Assembly: GCF_006345805.1 (NCBI RefSeq)
Contig: NW_021835480.1
Coordinates: forward strand, 37,735 to 101,734
DNA: 64,000 nt
From: Octopus sinensis
Lineage: Eukaryota
Reading direction: 5' to 3'
This document shows, one piece after another, positions 25,998 through 41,141 of this stretch; position 1 is the first letter of the stretch; each line of letters begins with the position of its first letter. The notes beneath the pieces were generated by a model that searched no databases, had not been told where the DNA came from, and saw nothing but the letters and a program-made list of their open reading frames with translations. Made by a program: the position numbers and the translations under genes.

Positions 25998-26203
25998 TTG
26001 TGTGTCTGTGTTTGTCCCCCTAGCATTGCTTGACAACCGATGCTGGTGTGTTTACGTCCCCGTCACTTAGCGGTTCGGCAAAAGAGACCGATAGAATAAG
26101 TACTGGGCTTACAAAGAATAAGTCCTGGGGTCGATTTGCTCGACTAAAAGACGGTGCTCCAGCATGGCCGTAGTCAAATGACTGAAACAAGTAAAAGAGT
26201 AAA
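25698..26203 (+). mobile_element. SINE family A, near full length
   Basis: Head, core, expanded internal microsatellite and tail all present. Confidence 0.88.
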
Positions 26204-27817
26204 TAAATACTATTGTGTATATCTGTTTAGAATATTTAAATTCTAAGGCACGTAAGGGATGGTACCTTAAAATCTTTCCAAAGCTGCCACTATTATTATT
26301 TCCAACATCCATTTTTTTATATAGTTTCCTTTTCCCCTCGTTTACTTTTTATTCATTTTGCCACTGTCTCTTTCTCTCTTTCAGCAAAACATGGAGGTCA
26401 ATTGCAATCCTAAATCCTAGAAGATCTTCGAAACGACACCTATTTACACATTGTGTCATCATATATATATGTGTGTGTGTGGGTGTGCATGTATGCTCGT
26501 GCGTGTGTGTTGCGTTGTGAAAAATGTTATTCAAGGACAACCGTTAAATATCGAATTGTTTCCCTCCGAATGTTAAACACACTCTAAGTTGCCACTCTTT
26601 TAGTAACCATTACTAACCAGTGTTATTTACATATATAAAGCTAACATCTGTTAAGTAACAAGTAATAAACTTGCGCTTCGTTTTTATGCAAACTATCTCA
26701 CGACAGATTTCTTGGTTTTTATGAAGCAGTACCCTTTGGTTAATGTTGGTTATGAATTCCCGAGGGAAACTTCTGTCAGATATTCAATTCAACTCTCAAT
26801 ATAATAGATATTTTTTTCTATTTTCTCTTCTCTACTTTTTTTTAGTTATTTTTACACTTTCTCTCACCGTTCAATATTACGACTTGTAAAATGTCTACGC
26901 TGTTGTTGCTTTTTTATGTACACGTATCTCTTTCTTCTTCGTTCTTGTGATACATTTCAACAAAATAAGAATTGGTTTTAAAGAAGTAAAAAGTCTTTGA
27001 TGCAATTCGGACACAATAAAACGGAAGAGTTTTACTGAACTAAGATAAAAGAGATTTTTTTTTTTACACAGTTTCAACATTCCTGATAATGTATGTACGT
27101 GTTTCTATATTTGTGTATATATGTATGTGTATATCCCTCTTCGAATCTATTCTACGTACGAAGATATGAAAGAAAGTATGTATACGCATGCATATATATG
27201 TTGACATCCAATTGTGTATACATATATATACATGTATACATGTGTGTGTGTGTCTGTGCATGTTTTTATGTATGCATGTATACCTATGCATGTATGAGTG
27301 TGTATAGTGTCGCATTATACTGGTGTTCTTTGCAATAAAGACCCATTCTCTACAGAAAATGACAAAGGACTTTTGTTGCAGTTAAGACAATGTCACACAT
27401 TTTGCATGCATGCTGCGTGTTTATGCATCTGTGTATATACTGATGCTCATACTGGGGTAGGGAAGGATACGGAGAATAATAGGGTGAAAGTAGATGAAGG
27501 TATTCGTGCAGATGAAGGAAGCATGTATGTTTGAAAATGAATGTGGAATGTATGATATTTGTCATGAAGACTTTAAGACATATATGGCTATAGGAGAAAT
27601 GTAAAGATTTTACACTAAAAGTTGGACTACCGAGTTGATGCTTATATTTTCTATGTAGGGTTTTAATATATTATTATTTGAGAAAGTTTCTTGTAACAAT
27701 TGTTGTAAAAATATTAAGTGGAAAAAGTTGATTAATTATTTATATGTGCACGTAACTATATGCATATGTGTAGTACGTGTGTGTGTATATAATTATTATG
27801 TGGGTACGTATGTACGC

Positions 27818-28123
27818 GTGGAGGCGCAGTGGCCCAGTGGTTAGGGCAGCGGACTCGCGGTCGGAGGATCGCGGTTTCGATTCCCAGACCGGGAATGTTG
27901 TGTGTGTTTATTGAGCGAAAACATCTAAAGCTCCACGAGGCTCCGGCAGGGCTTGGTGGCGATCCCTGTTGTACTCTTTCGCCCCAACTTTCTCTCACTC
28001 TTTCGTCCTGTTTCTTGGGTAACACTGCGATGGACTGGCGTCCCGTCCAGCTGGGGGGAACACATACGTCACAGAAACCGGGAAACCGGGCCCATTAGCC
28101 TGGCTAGGGCGCATAAATAATAA
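27818..28123 (+). mobile_element. SINE family C with tail type 2
   Basis: Homologous to 25361-25697 and 38221-38530. Confidence 0.85.
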
Positions 28124-28290
28124 TATGTACGTGTGTGTGCGTGTGAGTGTGTGTGTGTTTGTAGGCCCGTGGCCTAGTGCTTAAGCGTGTTCTGCTTACG
28201 ATCCTGTGATCGTGGTTTCCATTCCCAGACCGGTTGCACATGGTGGCCTTGAGCAAAAAACTTATTTTCTAGTTCACTGAGTTGTATATA

Positions 28291-28523
28291 TATTTCTTTA
28301 CTACCCACAAGGGGCTAAACACAGAGAGGACAAACAAGGACAGACAAACGGATTAAGTCGATTACATCGACCCCAGTGCGCAACTGGTACTTAATTTATC
28401 GACCCCGAAAGGATGAAAGGCTAAGTCGACCTCGGCGGAATTTGAACTCAGAACGTAACGGCAGACGAAATACGGCCACGCATTTCACCCGGCGTGCTAA
28501 CGATTCTGCCAGCTCGCCGCCTT
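28291..28523 (-). mobile_element. SINE family B nested in an older tRNA-derived SINE (~28161-28685)
   Basis: Full B copy; 15-bp TSD ACT(G/C)AGTTGTATATA at 28276-28290 and 28524-28538. Confidence 0.88.
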
Positions 28524-29412
28524 ACTCAGTTGTATATAAATGATCCTGCGACGGAACAGACTTCCGATCAGGGGCATATTGGCCTGTTCACCCAGCCAGC
28601 GGAGTCGCAGCTTTCGAAAGCTAAAAGCGATGCTAAGCGCATTGTTATCAGTGATGTATAACAACATATGTCGATTACGTGATGCATACACACGCACATA
28701 TGCGTGTGTCCTTCGGCCAATTTAAGGCTGCTCCGTAGCACTTTGGGTGATTTTTAGGGACTCTTCTCTTTCACAAGTACCTGAATTCTTTCTGGAGGAG
28801 GGTTTCAACCAGTCTCTTACGAATGACAAGAAATTCAGATGGGTGACCTTTGAGAGTTGAAAACAAAAATAATGTGAAGTATTAGTTATTTTCTTTTGAT
28901 TTTTTTTTGTGTGATTTTTAGCAGTTATTCCTTCATGAATTACATTCGACGTATGAAAAATACTTAAACCATAAGTAGACAAAGAAAGAGCCTCTACGTT
29001 GTTACACTCCCTGCTGGAAATAGCAGTGAATACTTCTCAAAATAACACATTAGCGTCGTTTAAATATAGAGTCTGAGTAAAAGTATATTTTAAAAGATGT
29101 GATGGTCGTTCACGGCCACAATAGCCAACCCGGGAGCAAACATTCTTTCATAACGAATGAATGAAGGATTATCAGTAATATAACCAACAGTGATAAATGG
29201 AAGTAAGTCACATCAATTATTACTGGAAAAGTAAGACAATGAGATAACCCTGCGTTACTTTTAAACAAACAAGTGCAGCGACCATATTCACAGCCGACAA
29301 TAGTAGTTGTTTTATCAATAGTGAATTGAGTTGAATACCTTGATTTATGTTGATATAAGAGTAACTATAATAAGTTTCATTGAATCGACACCGCCCATGT
29401 TAGTCATGCTCA

Positions 29413-29798
29413 GTGGAGGCGCAATGGCCCAGTGGTTAGGGCAGCGGACTCGCGGTCATAGGATCGCGGTATCGATTTCCAGACCGGGCGTTGTGAGTGT
29501 TTATTGAGCGAAAACACCTAAAAGCTCCACGAGTCTCCGGCAGGGGATGGTGGTGATTCCTGCTGTTCTCTTTCATCACAACTTTCTCTCACTCTTACTT
29601 CCTGTTTCTGTTGTACCTGTATTTCAAAGGGCCGGCCTTGTCACTCTCTGTGTCACGCTGAATATCCCCGAGAACTACGTTAAGGGTGCACGCGTCCGTG
29701 GAGTGCTCAGCCACTTACACGTTAATTTCACGAGCAGGCTGTTCCGTTGATTCGGATCAACCGGAACCCTCATCGTCGTAACCGACGGAGTGCTTCCA
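29413..29798 (+). mobile_element. SINE family C with tail type 1, full length
   Basis: 12-bp TSD TAGTCATGCTCA; ends GAGTGCTTCCA. Confidence 0.92.
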
Positions 29799-30608
29799 TA
29801 GTCATGCTCAAAATTAAGTTTTCAATAACAAAACAATAACAATCCATTTTATAGATTATCTTGCGGGCTATAAGATAATTTACGCGAAGTGCTTTAAATT
29901 TCTGATTACATAACATGTCTTCTGGTTATATAACGAACGTAGAATGCTTTCTGTTTGTCCAAATCCATCTTATACCAATTGCTATTACAAAACTGTCTAT
30001 GCTAGCAAACGGAGTAGCAAGTACGTGCTCGACTGACCTTAGTGAAATGGTGGTCAAATTTCCCTCAACTATCATACTTCTGTCTTAAATATTACAAAGA
30101 GAGAGGAGTTCAATAGTCATTGATAAATAAATAGGGGATGATAATGACTGGAATGTCATTGGCCGTTGTGGTTGCTCAATCTTGGTCCACTTATGGTAGG
30201 ATAACAATAACAGCTTAGTTATCTATACTTCTTTAAGCATATATATGCACACAGGTGAAAGCAAACTCAGTCAATTTATCTGTCTAATATTACTAAATGT
30301 AAGTGAACTGAACACAATGCATATTTCAAAATGTATCTATATTTTACTGGAGAAAGCTGCTTGTTAATTAGGTATGTAACAGTTATCAAAAAAAAGTAAT
30401 TATTAAATGCTTGACCGTCTGGAATTTTTTATTTTATAAATTCGTGTTCCAAGAAATTTCCTGTAATTTCGATTTCTGAAGTTTATTCAATATTTGAACG
30501 ACAAATTTTTAATTTAAATATTCGTTGTATTCACTGCGGAGTAGATTTTAATGTTTAATAAAGAATATTCGTTGCAGGCGAAATTTTCTGTTTTCATTTG
30601 TAACAGTA

Positions 30609-30693
<85 letters not shown>

Positions 30694-30989
30694 CCTCCTT
30701 CTCTCTCTCTCTCACACTCTCTCTCTCTCCTTCTTTCTTTCTATTTTCATTAATGATAATTTAATATATATTCATTTCAATATATTCATTTCAAGCTTTA
30801 ATTCGCTATTTCCATAACCCACAGTTTATTCTATAAACGTAAAGTAAAAAAAAATTGTTTATTGACTGAATGAATGTTATTAAACAAAATAGCTGTATGT
30901 GAATCTGATTTGGTAATTTTGTATATAAGAATGTATTTACGTAGGGGCATTTTTATGCGTATGTATGTATGTATGTATGTACATACAAT

Positions 30990-31386
30990 AGGCGCAGGAG
31001 TGGCTGTGTGGTAAATAGCTTGCTTACTAACCACATGGCTCCGGATCCAGTCCCACTGCGTGGCACCTTGGGCAAGTGTCTTCTACTAAAGCCTCGGGCC
31101 TACCAAAACCTTGTGGGTGGATTTGGTAGATGGAAACTGAAAGAAGCCCATCGTAAAGATATATATATGTGTGTGTGTGTGTTATTTGTGTGTCTGGGTT
31201 TGTCCTCCCAACATCGGTTGGTGTGTTTACGTCCTCGGTGCAGCAAAAGAGCGGTTCAGCAAAAGAGACCGATAGAAAAAGTACTAGGCTTACAAAAAAT
31301 AAGTCCTGGAGTCGATTTGCTCGATTAAAGGCGGTGCTCCAGCATGGCTGCAGTCAAATGACTGAAAGAAATAAAAGAGTAAAAGA
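30990..31386 (+). mobile_element. SINE family A
   Basis: Full head-core-tail structure. Confidence 0.85.
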
Positions 31387-31748
31387 GAGAGATAAGCATA
31401 AATGTAGATTTTTCAGAGTCGCGTAAAATTTTCTCTTTCGCATTTGGTTTTCAACATTTTACACTGCCACAAAATAAGTCGTTTCATATTTTACGTTTTC
31501 ATGTGAAAGTTTACGTTCTTTGTGATTTATTTTTTATTATATATCAACATAAACGTAGTTCTTCATACAAACTTCCTTTCTTTTACGACCTTTACTTTTT
31601 TTCCAACTATTGTTAACCTTTTTTCATTCTATTCATAGAACTTTTTGCTTCCTAATACATACATACACACATACATACAACATACATACATACATACATA
31701 CATACATACATACATACATACATACATACAAACACACACACACACACA

Positions 31749-31795
<47 letters not shown>

Positions 31796-32599
31796 TATAC
31801 TACTATATATATATATACATACATATATATGCATATATCTTTATGCACGTATATATCATAAACATTTTGTTCCATCTCAGCATTAGCCTTATTGACTTGT
31901 GTGTGTATATATATATATACATATATATATCTTTCAAAATTTATTCATGTTGCCTCTATTATCAGCTATACTATACCTGCATTGACTCGCTCGCATTTTC
32001 CGTAATCTGAATTCATCTGATATAGCACTCTACACAAATATTATTTTTATATATTTTCCAAAAACATTCTTTCAGGTTTGTTTTTTACAATTTCTTTTAC
32101 AGAATGTTTATTTGTTTTTTTGTTTTTTTTTTCGTTTCGTTTTCGGAAACAATCTGATTTTTTAAAACACACTTTTTATATACATATTCACTTCTTTCTC
32201 TTCTCGTATTTTTTTCAAAAATTTTGTTACTCCATTTTTATAAAACATACAGTATGATATATCTTATTTACCTTTCTTTTTTTCATTTATAGTTCGCCAT
32301 CATAATAACTGTCTTTCAATACAATATATTTTCTCTTCGTTCCATTCAGCAACGAAATACAAATGCCCCGTCTACACAACATACACATACACACACGTCT
32401 GCAATTGTTTATAACTTTTTATCAGCTTCACTATTTTTTTTTCATTGATTTACCTGGTTTAAATTTCTTTTTTCTGTATTATTCTCATTCAGTCCGCCAG
32501 ACTATATTTCATTTTCTTTTCAAAACTACGTCTGTTGAATAGTTTATATATACATACATAAATACATACACACACACATATATATATATATATACGTAT

Positions 32600-32666
<67 letters not shown>

Positions 32667-33316
32667 GTGTGTGTGTATAATGTATATGTGTGTATATATA
32701 TGCACACATAAATATATGTATTTAAGAAAATATAGAAGTAATAAATACATATATATTTTATGTACATTTTATATTTTATATACATATATCTATATACACT
32801 AACATTGTACATACACATAATGTATGTAATACATATATATATAATATATATGTATGTATGTATATATCTATATATCTCCTATCTATCTATCTATCTATCT
32901 ATCTCTCCTCTCTCTCTCTCTCTCTCTATCTATATATATAATATATATATATTATTAATATATATATATATATATATATATATCATATATACATATATAT
33001 ACACATATATCGTAAAATTATATATCTGTATGTATGTGAGCGTGTGTATGAATTATGTAGTTTCCTTGAGCATTGCGAAATATAATAAAACTACGATTTA
33101 GAAGGTCAGAGCAAGGCAGGAGGGAAGAGATCAAATATATAATGATAACGACTATTAATGTTTTACTTTAAAAAATATTTAGTAACTCTGTTATTTCGGG
33201 CAAAATTCTCTGTCATAGCGTGAGAACAAAGAGTAATTTCAGACCAACAAACCTACATTCATACAAATGTACGTAAAATATGCATCTATATCTACATGTA
33301 CTTATCTATCTCTATA

Positions 33317-34580
<1,264 letters not shown>

Positions 34581-35433
34581 ATGTATTATATATTGTGTGT
34601 GGTGTTTTGTGTGTCTGTGTTTGTCCCCCTAGCATTGTTTGACAACCGATGCTGGTGTGTTTACGTCCCCGTCACTTAGCGGTTCGACAATAGAGACCGA
34701 TAGAATAAGTACTAGGCTTACAAAAAATAAGTCCCGGGGTCGATTTGCTCGACTAAAGGCGGTGCTCGACTAAAGACATGGCTACAGTCAAATGACTGAA
34801 ACAAGTAAAAGAATAAAAGAGTAAAAGAGGCTTAGGGATACAATGCAAAAGAGAAAAGCAGTTGAAAATATACTGCATGCACTGACCCGTAATCCTTATA
34901 TATATATATCGTGAGTTCGGTTCCTAGACCGGGCGTCGCGTTGTGTTCTTCAGCAAAGTACTTCGTTTCACGTTATACTTTGCGATCATTTCGTCATCTG
35001 ACATGTAACACCCAGTTGCACCTGTACAGGTATTGTCGATTTTATGGAGGTAGTGAGCTTATGTGTACACAGACATTTGATCACTGTAAACAAATCAACT
35101 GTGTGGTTATCCGGCAACAAACACACTGACGAACCCTCATAGGTCGTCTAAGGACGGGAGAGCCCATGATGATGATGATGATGATGATGTATCTGATTGT
35201 GTGTGTGCGCGCGCCCTGTGTGTATATGTATATATATATATGATTATATATATACGTGTGTGTGTGCGTGTGTATGTGTGTATATATATAGATATATATA
35301 TATTATATTTATATGTATATGTATGTATACATATTTATGTTTATATATTGTAGATATATATATATGTATATATATATATTATATTATATATATATATACA
35401 TATATAAATATATACATATATATATATACATAC

Positions 35434-35492
<59 letters not shown>

Positions 35493-35691
35493 TATATATA
35501 TATAGGTAGGTAGGTAGGTAGGTGTAGGCTTGGACATATAGATAAGTTTGGTTTCTAACCACATGGTTCTGGGCTTTGTCCCATTGTTTGGAACATTGGG
35601 CAAGTGTCTTCTAGCATAACAGCTAATCCCTTGTAAGTAGATTTGGGAGAACGAAATTGAAAGAAGACTGTTATATACATACATACATATG

Positions 35692-35825
<134 letters not shown>

Positions 35826-36887
35826 TGTTTCTTTATTAGCCACACAGGGCTGCACACAGATAGAACAAATTACAAGGTAGAGCTTTTCTTTTGAAGGGTT
35901 AAAAAAAGAAAAAAAAAGGAAGGGGGGAGTTTCGATCAAAAGGGATCGTAAAAGGAGAGAAAGAGGTCAAAAAAGGGGGGGTTAAAAAAAAGGGGGGAGA
36001 GGAAAAAAAATTGATCAATAGGGATCGTTATCACAGAAATGTCAATATGAAGTGTAATGGGGAGGACAGGTGAGGTCTACCCGTGGAAAGAAAAGCCTAC
36101 GGAAAAGACCACGGTAACCTCGGTCAATGAAGTCACATTTTATATTTCTTTTTTTTTTTTTTTTGCAAATAAGCAACTCTCTGTTTTCGATTTCTGGGTT
36201 CATTGGACTATGCTCAAGGTGGCTTCGTCATTCATACGTGCCATTCTTGCTACATTCACCCATCTTTTTTTAAAACATTCGCTAGACAAAACTTGCCTCT
36301 CTACTCTCACTTTCCTTTTCAAGTGGTACTTGAAGAAGTTGATGAGAGATTGACCAGAGAGGAAAGTGTTTGTCTCCAATCCTTTCAGACGCGTCCACCA
36401 GATACATTCTTTCGCCATAGCCACAAGGATGATGAAAATAGCTCTTCCTTCCCGTTTGAAGGAAGGAGGCGTGACAATATTGACGATAGACTCAGCTGAT
36501 AAACCGACTCGTCCCACACGTGACAGCAGTTGTTCGACATAAGCCCACAGGTCGGAAATTGTTGGACACTGAACGAGTGCGTGCAGAACGGTTTCGTCGC
36601 TCTGACCGCATCTCGGGCAGGTCGGCCCCGTGTTTCTCGAGCCGTGTCTGTAGAGCTTATCCCGAACGGGTAGCGCTTCTCGGTAGCACTGCCAGGCCAG
36701 GGATCTCTGGAAGTTGTCCATGGGCCCTGGCCCGAAAGTCATCCTGAACAGGCGGGTCAGGTACTCCTCGTCGACGTCCAGGTTCGCCCCGAGCTCGTCG
36801 TCGTACCTCCCCTCCACTAAACCCCTATAGAATGCTTTGGTTGTGTTGAAGTCACTTAAGGTCGACCCAGGACGGCAGAGTTGCTTG

Positions 36888-36888
<1 letters not shown>
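35826..36888 (-). mobile_element. 5'-truncated L1/Tx1-clade LINE (C-terminal zinc-knuckle region plus 3' UTR) inside (GATA)n
   Basis: Open frame of ~229 codons ending at 36200, with RSLAWQCYREALPVRDKL..CPRCGQSDETVLHALVQCP (CX2CX8HX4C, L1/Tx1 type). ~375-bp 3' UTR ending AATAAAGAAAC. (GATA)n on both sides. Confidence 0.88.
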
Positions 36889-36930
<42 letters not shown>

Positions 36931-36931
<1 letters not shown>

Positions 36932-37469
36932 TTCTTTATTAGCCACACAGGGCTGCACACAGACAGGACAAAATTACAAGGTAGAGCTTTTCTTTTGGGG
37001 GTAAAAGAAGGGGGTTTGGTTTTCGATCAAAAGGGATCGTAACTGGAAAGAAAGAGGACAAAAAAGGGGGGGGATAAAATAAAATTTAAAAAAAAGAAGG
37101 GTGGAGGAGGTGAGGAAAAAAAGGGGGAGGTGAGGAAAAAAAAGAGAAAGGAAAAGAATTGATCAATAGGGATCGTTATCACAGAAATGTCAATATGAAG
37201 TGTAAAGGGGAGGACAGGTGAGGTTTACCCGTGGAAAGAAAATCCTACGGAAAAGACCACGGTAACCTCGGTCTATGAAGTCACATGTCATATTTCTTCT
37301 TTTTTTTTGCAAATAAGCAACTCTCTGTATTAATTTTTACGGTTCATAGAATCATAGTCAAGGTGGCTTCGTCATTCATACGTGCCATCCTTGCTACATT
37401 CACCCATCTTTTTTTAAAACATTCACCAGACAAAACTTGCCTCTCTACTCTCACTTTCCTCTTCAAGTG
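36931..37469 (-). mobile_element. Third, independently truncated copy of the same LINE inside (GATA)n
   Basis: Same 3' end, diverged UTR, different 5' truncation point, (GATA)n on both sides. Confidence 0.88.
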
Positions 37470-37571
<102 letters not shown>

Positions 37572-38184
37572 CTATCTATCTATCTATTATCTATCTATCT
37601 ATACAACATCGAGCGATGAGAGCCATCGAAGCTGTATCATTCTGAATCAAATTGTACTTTTCTTCCCAGTTAACACTCATCTCACTCATGTCTCTCTGCA
37701 CAGCCCGTTTCCTCGAGTCCACCGGCCTGCTTCCTGGTCGCATTCTCCCCTCCACTATACACTTGACAACTGTCCTTGTCAGTCTCTCCAACGGTAAGCA
37801 CAACATATAGCCAAGTAACTTTTCGTCTAATCGTAATGGTGTCTTGCAGTTTATGTAGGTAATCGTTTGTGATGTAGTCTGTTCTCGGATATAACATTAA
37901 CAAAAGAAGAAAATGGAGAGATTTGTATTTTTGTGCTTTAGTGAGTTCCAGGTGGCAACTGGAAATTAGGAATATGAGATATTTGTTTCAGTCATCAGAT
38001 TGCAGCTGTGCCGGGGCACCATCTTGAAGAATTTTTAGTCTCAAGAATCGACCCCAGTACTTTTTTTTAAAGCCTAGCACTTATTCTATCGATCCCTCCT
38101 TGTCGAATCGATAAGTTCACGGACATAAACACACCAACACTGCTTGTCAAGCTGTGGTGGGGGACAAACACAGACACATAAGCA

Positions 38185-38220
<36 letters not shown>

Positions 38221-38221
<1 letters not shown>

Positions 38222-38530
38222 TGGAGGCGCTATGGCCAAGTGGTTAGGGCAGCGGACTTGCGGTCGGAGGATTGCAGTTTTGATTCCTAGACCGGGCGTT
38301 GTGTGTGTTTATTGACCGAAAACGCCTAAAAGCTCCACGAGGCTCCGGCAGGGGGGGGGTGGCGACCCCTGTTGTACTCTTTCGCCACAACTTTCTCTCA
38401 CTCTCTCTTCCTGTTTCTTGAGCAACGCTGCGATGGACTGGGGGGGGGGACACATACGCCATAGAAACCGGGAAATTGGCTCCATGAGCCTGGCTAGGCT
38501 TGAAAAGGACGCATAAATAAAAAAAATAAT
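38221..38530 (+). mobile_element. SINE family C tail 2, inserted in the internal microsatellite of a minus-strand SINE A
   Basis: SINE A tail (~37985-38200) and core (~38550-38625) flank it. Confidence 0.8.
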
Positions 38531-39188
38531 AAATATATATATATACGTGTATGACGGGCTACTTTCAGTTTCCGCCTACCAAATCCAGTGACAAATCTTT
38601 CGTTAGCCCGGTGCTATATTAGAAGAAAACCATCTTATTTTCGGTGTATATAAGATATGGCTATTTTTTCAAGACTCTGCCAAATAGGTGCAAGAATGGT
38701 TCCGAGCTCAGTTCCACTGCATGGCACTTCGGGCAAGTGTCTTCTACTATAACCTCGAGCCAAACAAAGCTTGTGAGTGGATTTAGTAGACAGAAACTGA
38801 AAGAAGCCCACTGTGTGTGTGTGTGTTTGTGTTTGTCCCCCAACGTCCCTTGACAACCGATGCTGGTGTGTTTACGTCCCCGTAACTTAGCGGTTAGGCA
38901 AAAGTGACCGAAGACTACGTACTAGGCTTTCAAAGAATAAGTCCTGAGGTCAATTTGTTCACTAAAGGCGGTGCTCCAGCATGGCCGCACTCAAATGACT
39001 GAAACAAGTAAAGGAATAAAAGAATAAAAGAATATGATTTGAGCAGGATTTGACTACTATTTTGGGGGCCTCGAACGATCACGTATAGGCTCTTTTCATT
39101 AGCTCCAATTATTGTATGTTTATACAACTTCGAATGATCATATACGTAAGCAAAGACATTCCTGTCAAGGCCATTCTGTCGTTCTTGC

Positions 39189-39225
<37 letters not shown>

Positions 39226-39226
39226 A

Positions 39227-39260
<34 letters not shown>

Positions 39261-39535
39261 GGTGGTGGTCGTCGTCGTCGTCGTTGTCGTGTTCATTGTG
39301 GTGGTGGTGGTGGTGGTAGTATGAGGGGGAGGGAAGGGGAATGTAGAGAGGTGGAGGAAGAGGGGAGGGGGAAGAGGAGGAGGAGAAGGAAGAAGAGGAG
39401 GAGGAGGAAGTGGAGGAAGAGGTAAAGGAGGAAGATGAGGAAGATGAGAATGAGGAGGAAGAGGAGGAGGCGGAGTGATGGTGATGGTGTTGGAGGTGGT
39501 GGTACTAATAGTTGTTGTAGATGTAGTAGTAGTAA

Positions 39536-39571
<36 letters not shown>

Positions 39572-39615
39572 CAGCCGCAGCAGCAGTAGCGGCGGCAGCA
39601 GCAGTAGCAGCGGCG

Positions 39616-39652
<37 letters not shown>

Positions 39653-40054
39653 TAGTAGTAGTAGCAGCAGTAGTAGTTGTAAGGTGACCAAATCTGTGTC
39701 AGGTTAAGCTCAGTGAATACCGATGCAATGGCTGAAAACGCATTGTATTGCGGTACATATTATATGATAATGTTGTTATTGTCGTTCCCTATTGTCCCTA
39801 TAACTATTATTGTTAACAATATTATTAATATTATTGAGGTCCTTGTTCTTGTTGTTGTACTTTATGTTGTTCCTATTCATATCAATATATAACTCACATT
39901 TCACGCCGTAGCATTGTTCCTCACAATACAGCAAAGTAGGAAAAAAGGAAATATTTCTTCTCATACCTTCAAGGCAATCATGAATTTTTTTTTATGGCTC
40001 TGTTTAAAGACGCCATGGAAGTAGGGATAAGTCTACTTCTGTGCATATACGTAC

Positions 40055-40088
<34 letters not shown>

Positions 40089-41141
40089 GTGCATGCACAT
40101 ATATACCTGTATATACCTATATATATATATATATATAATATATATATATATAATATATATATATATACGTGTATGCACATATATCCGTGTACACACACAT
40201 GCACACCCATACACGGCATTACACATACACATACACGTGCACACACACACACATACACATATATGAATTTGTGTCTGTATATATACTCACAGATGACATG
40301 CATATATATGTATATACATATACATACATACACACATACATAAGTACATATGCATCATAAACTTTGCTTCATATATTGGACACCTTTTCTCTTGTTTGTA
40401 AATCTCAACGTGTGTGTGTGTGTGTTTTTTTTGTGTGTGTGTTTGTTTGTGAGTGTGCGTGTGTGTATGTGCGTGTGTGTGTGAGAGAGAGAGAGAGAGA
40501 GTTATTTTTTTCTAGCGTACGGATTACAGCAACATAAATTTGAAAAAATTCAATATACAAATTGTATTCCTATATTGAAAACATTTATGCATTCTTACAG
40601 TAAAATTACGTTCACGAAATATTCACCAAGTTCTCAGCTGCATGGGGTGAGCATGGAATTTTCTTTCAACAAACTTGTGCCAATTGCCCACCGGCTTAGA
40701 AACATACTAGCTTCTTGTATAGTCGCAAACTTTCAGAGTTTACTCGAGAGACGAAATTAGAAGTGCAAACGCTCATTTGGTATTTGTATATTCCCTAAGA
40801 GTTTCATTTCACAGCAAGCCTATTAATTTTAAGCATGTAGATATATTTAACAAACGTCGAGTTGTCAACAAGTATTGGTATAACAGTAAGATCTGAAACT
40901 TTTGGTAATGCAAGACGACTATACACGAAATCAAAACCTGTCATCAACAACATGTTCTTTCTCTACACTTATGCGTTCCAGCTCTTTAACGCCAAGTGCA
41001 GGATTTAGACAAAAGTGCATTCTGTAAAGTATTTTATATAAATCCTTTTTATTAATTCAAAGAAAGTTATAGTAAACGCTAGAAGAAAAATTAAATATAC
41101 TTACGAAATAGAAAAGTGTATTCTCCGAATTGGGAAAAGTA

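Noticed and set aside
29413-29490. tRNA genes at SINE heads
   Set aside because: A and B boxes are present but there is no complete cloverleaf, and they always continue into SINE bodies.
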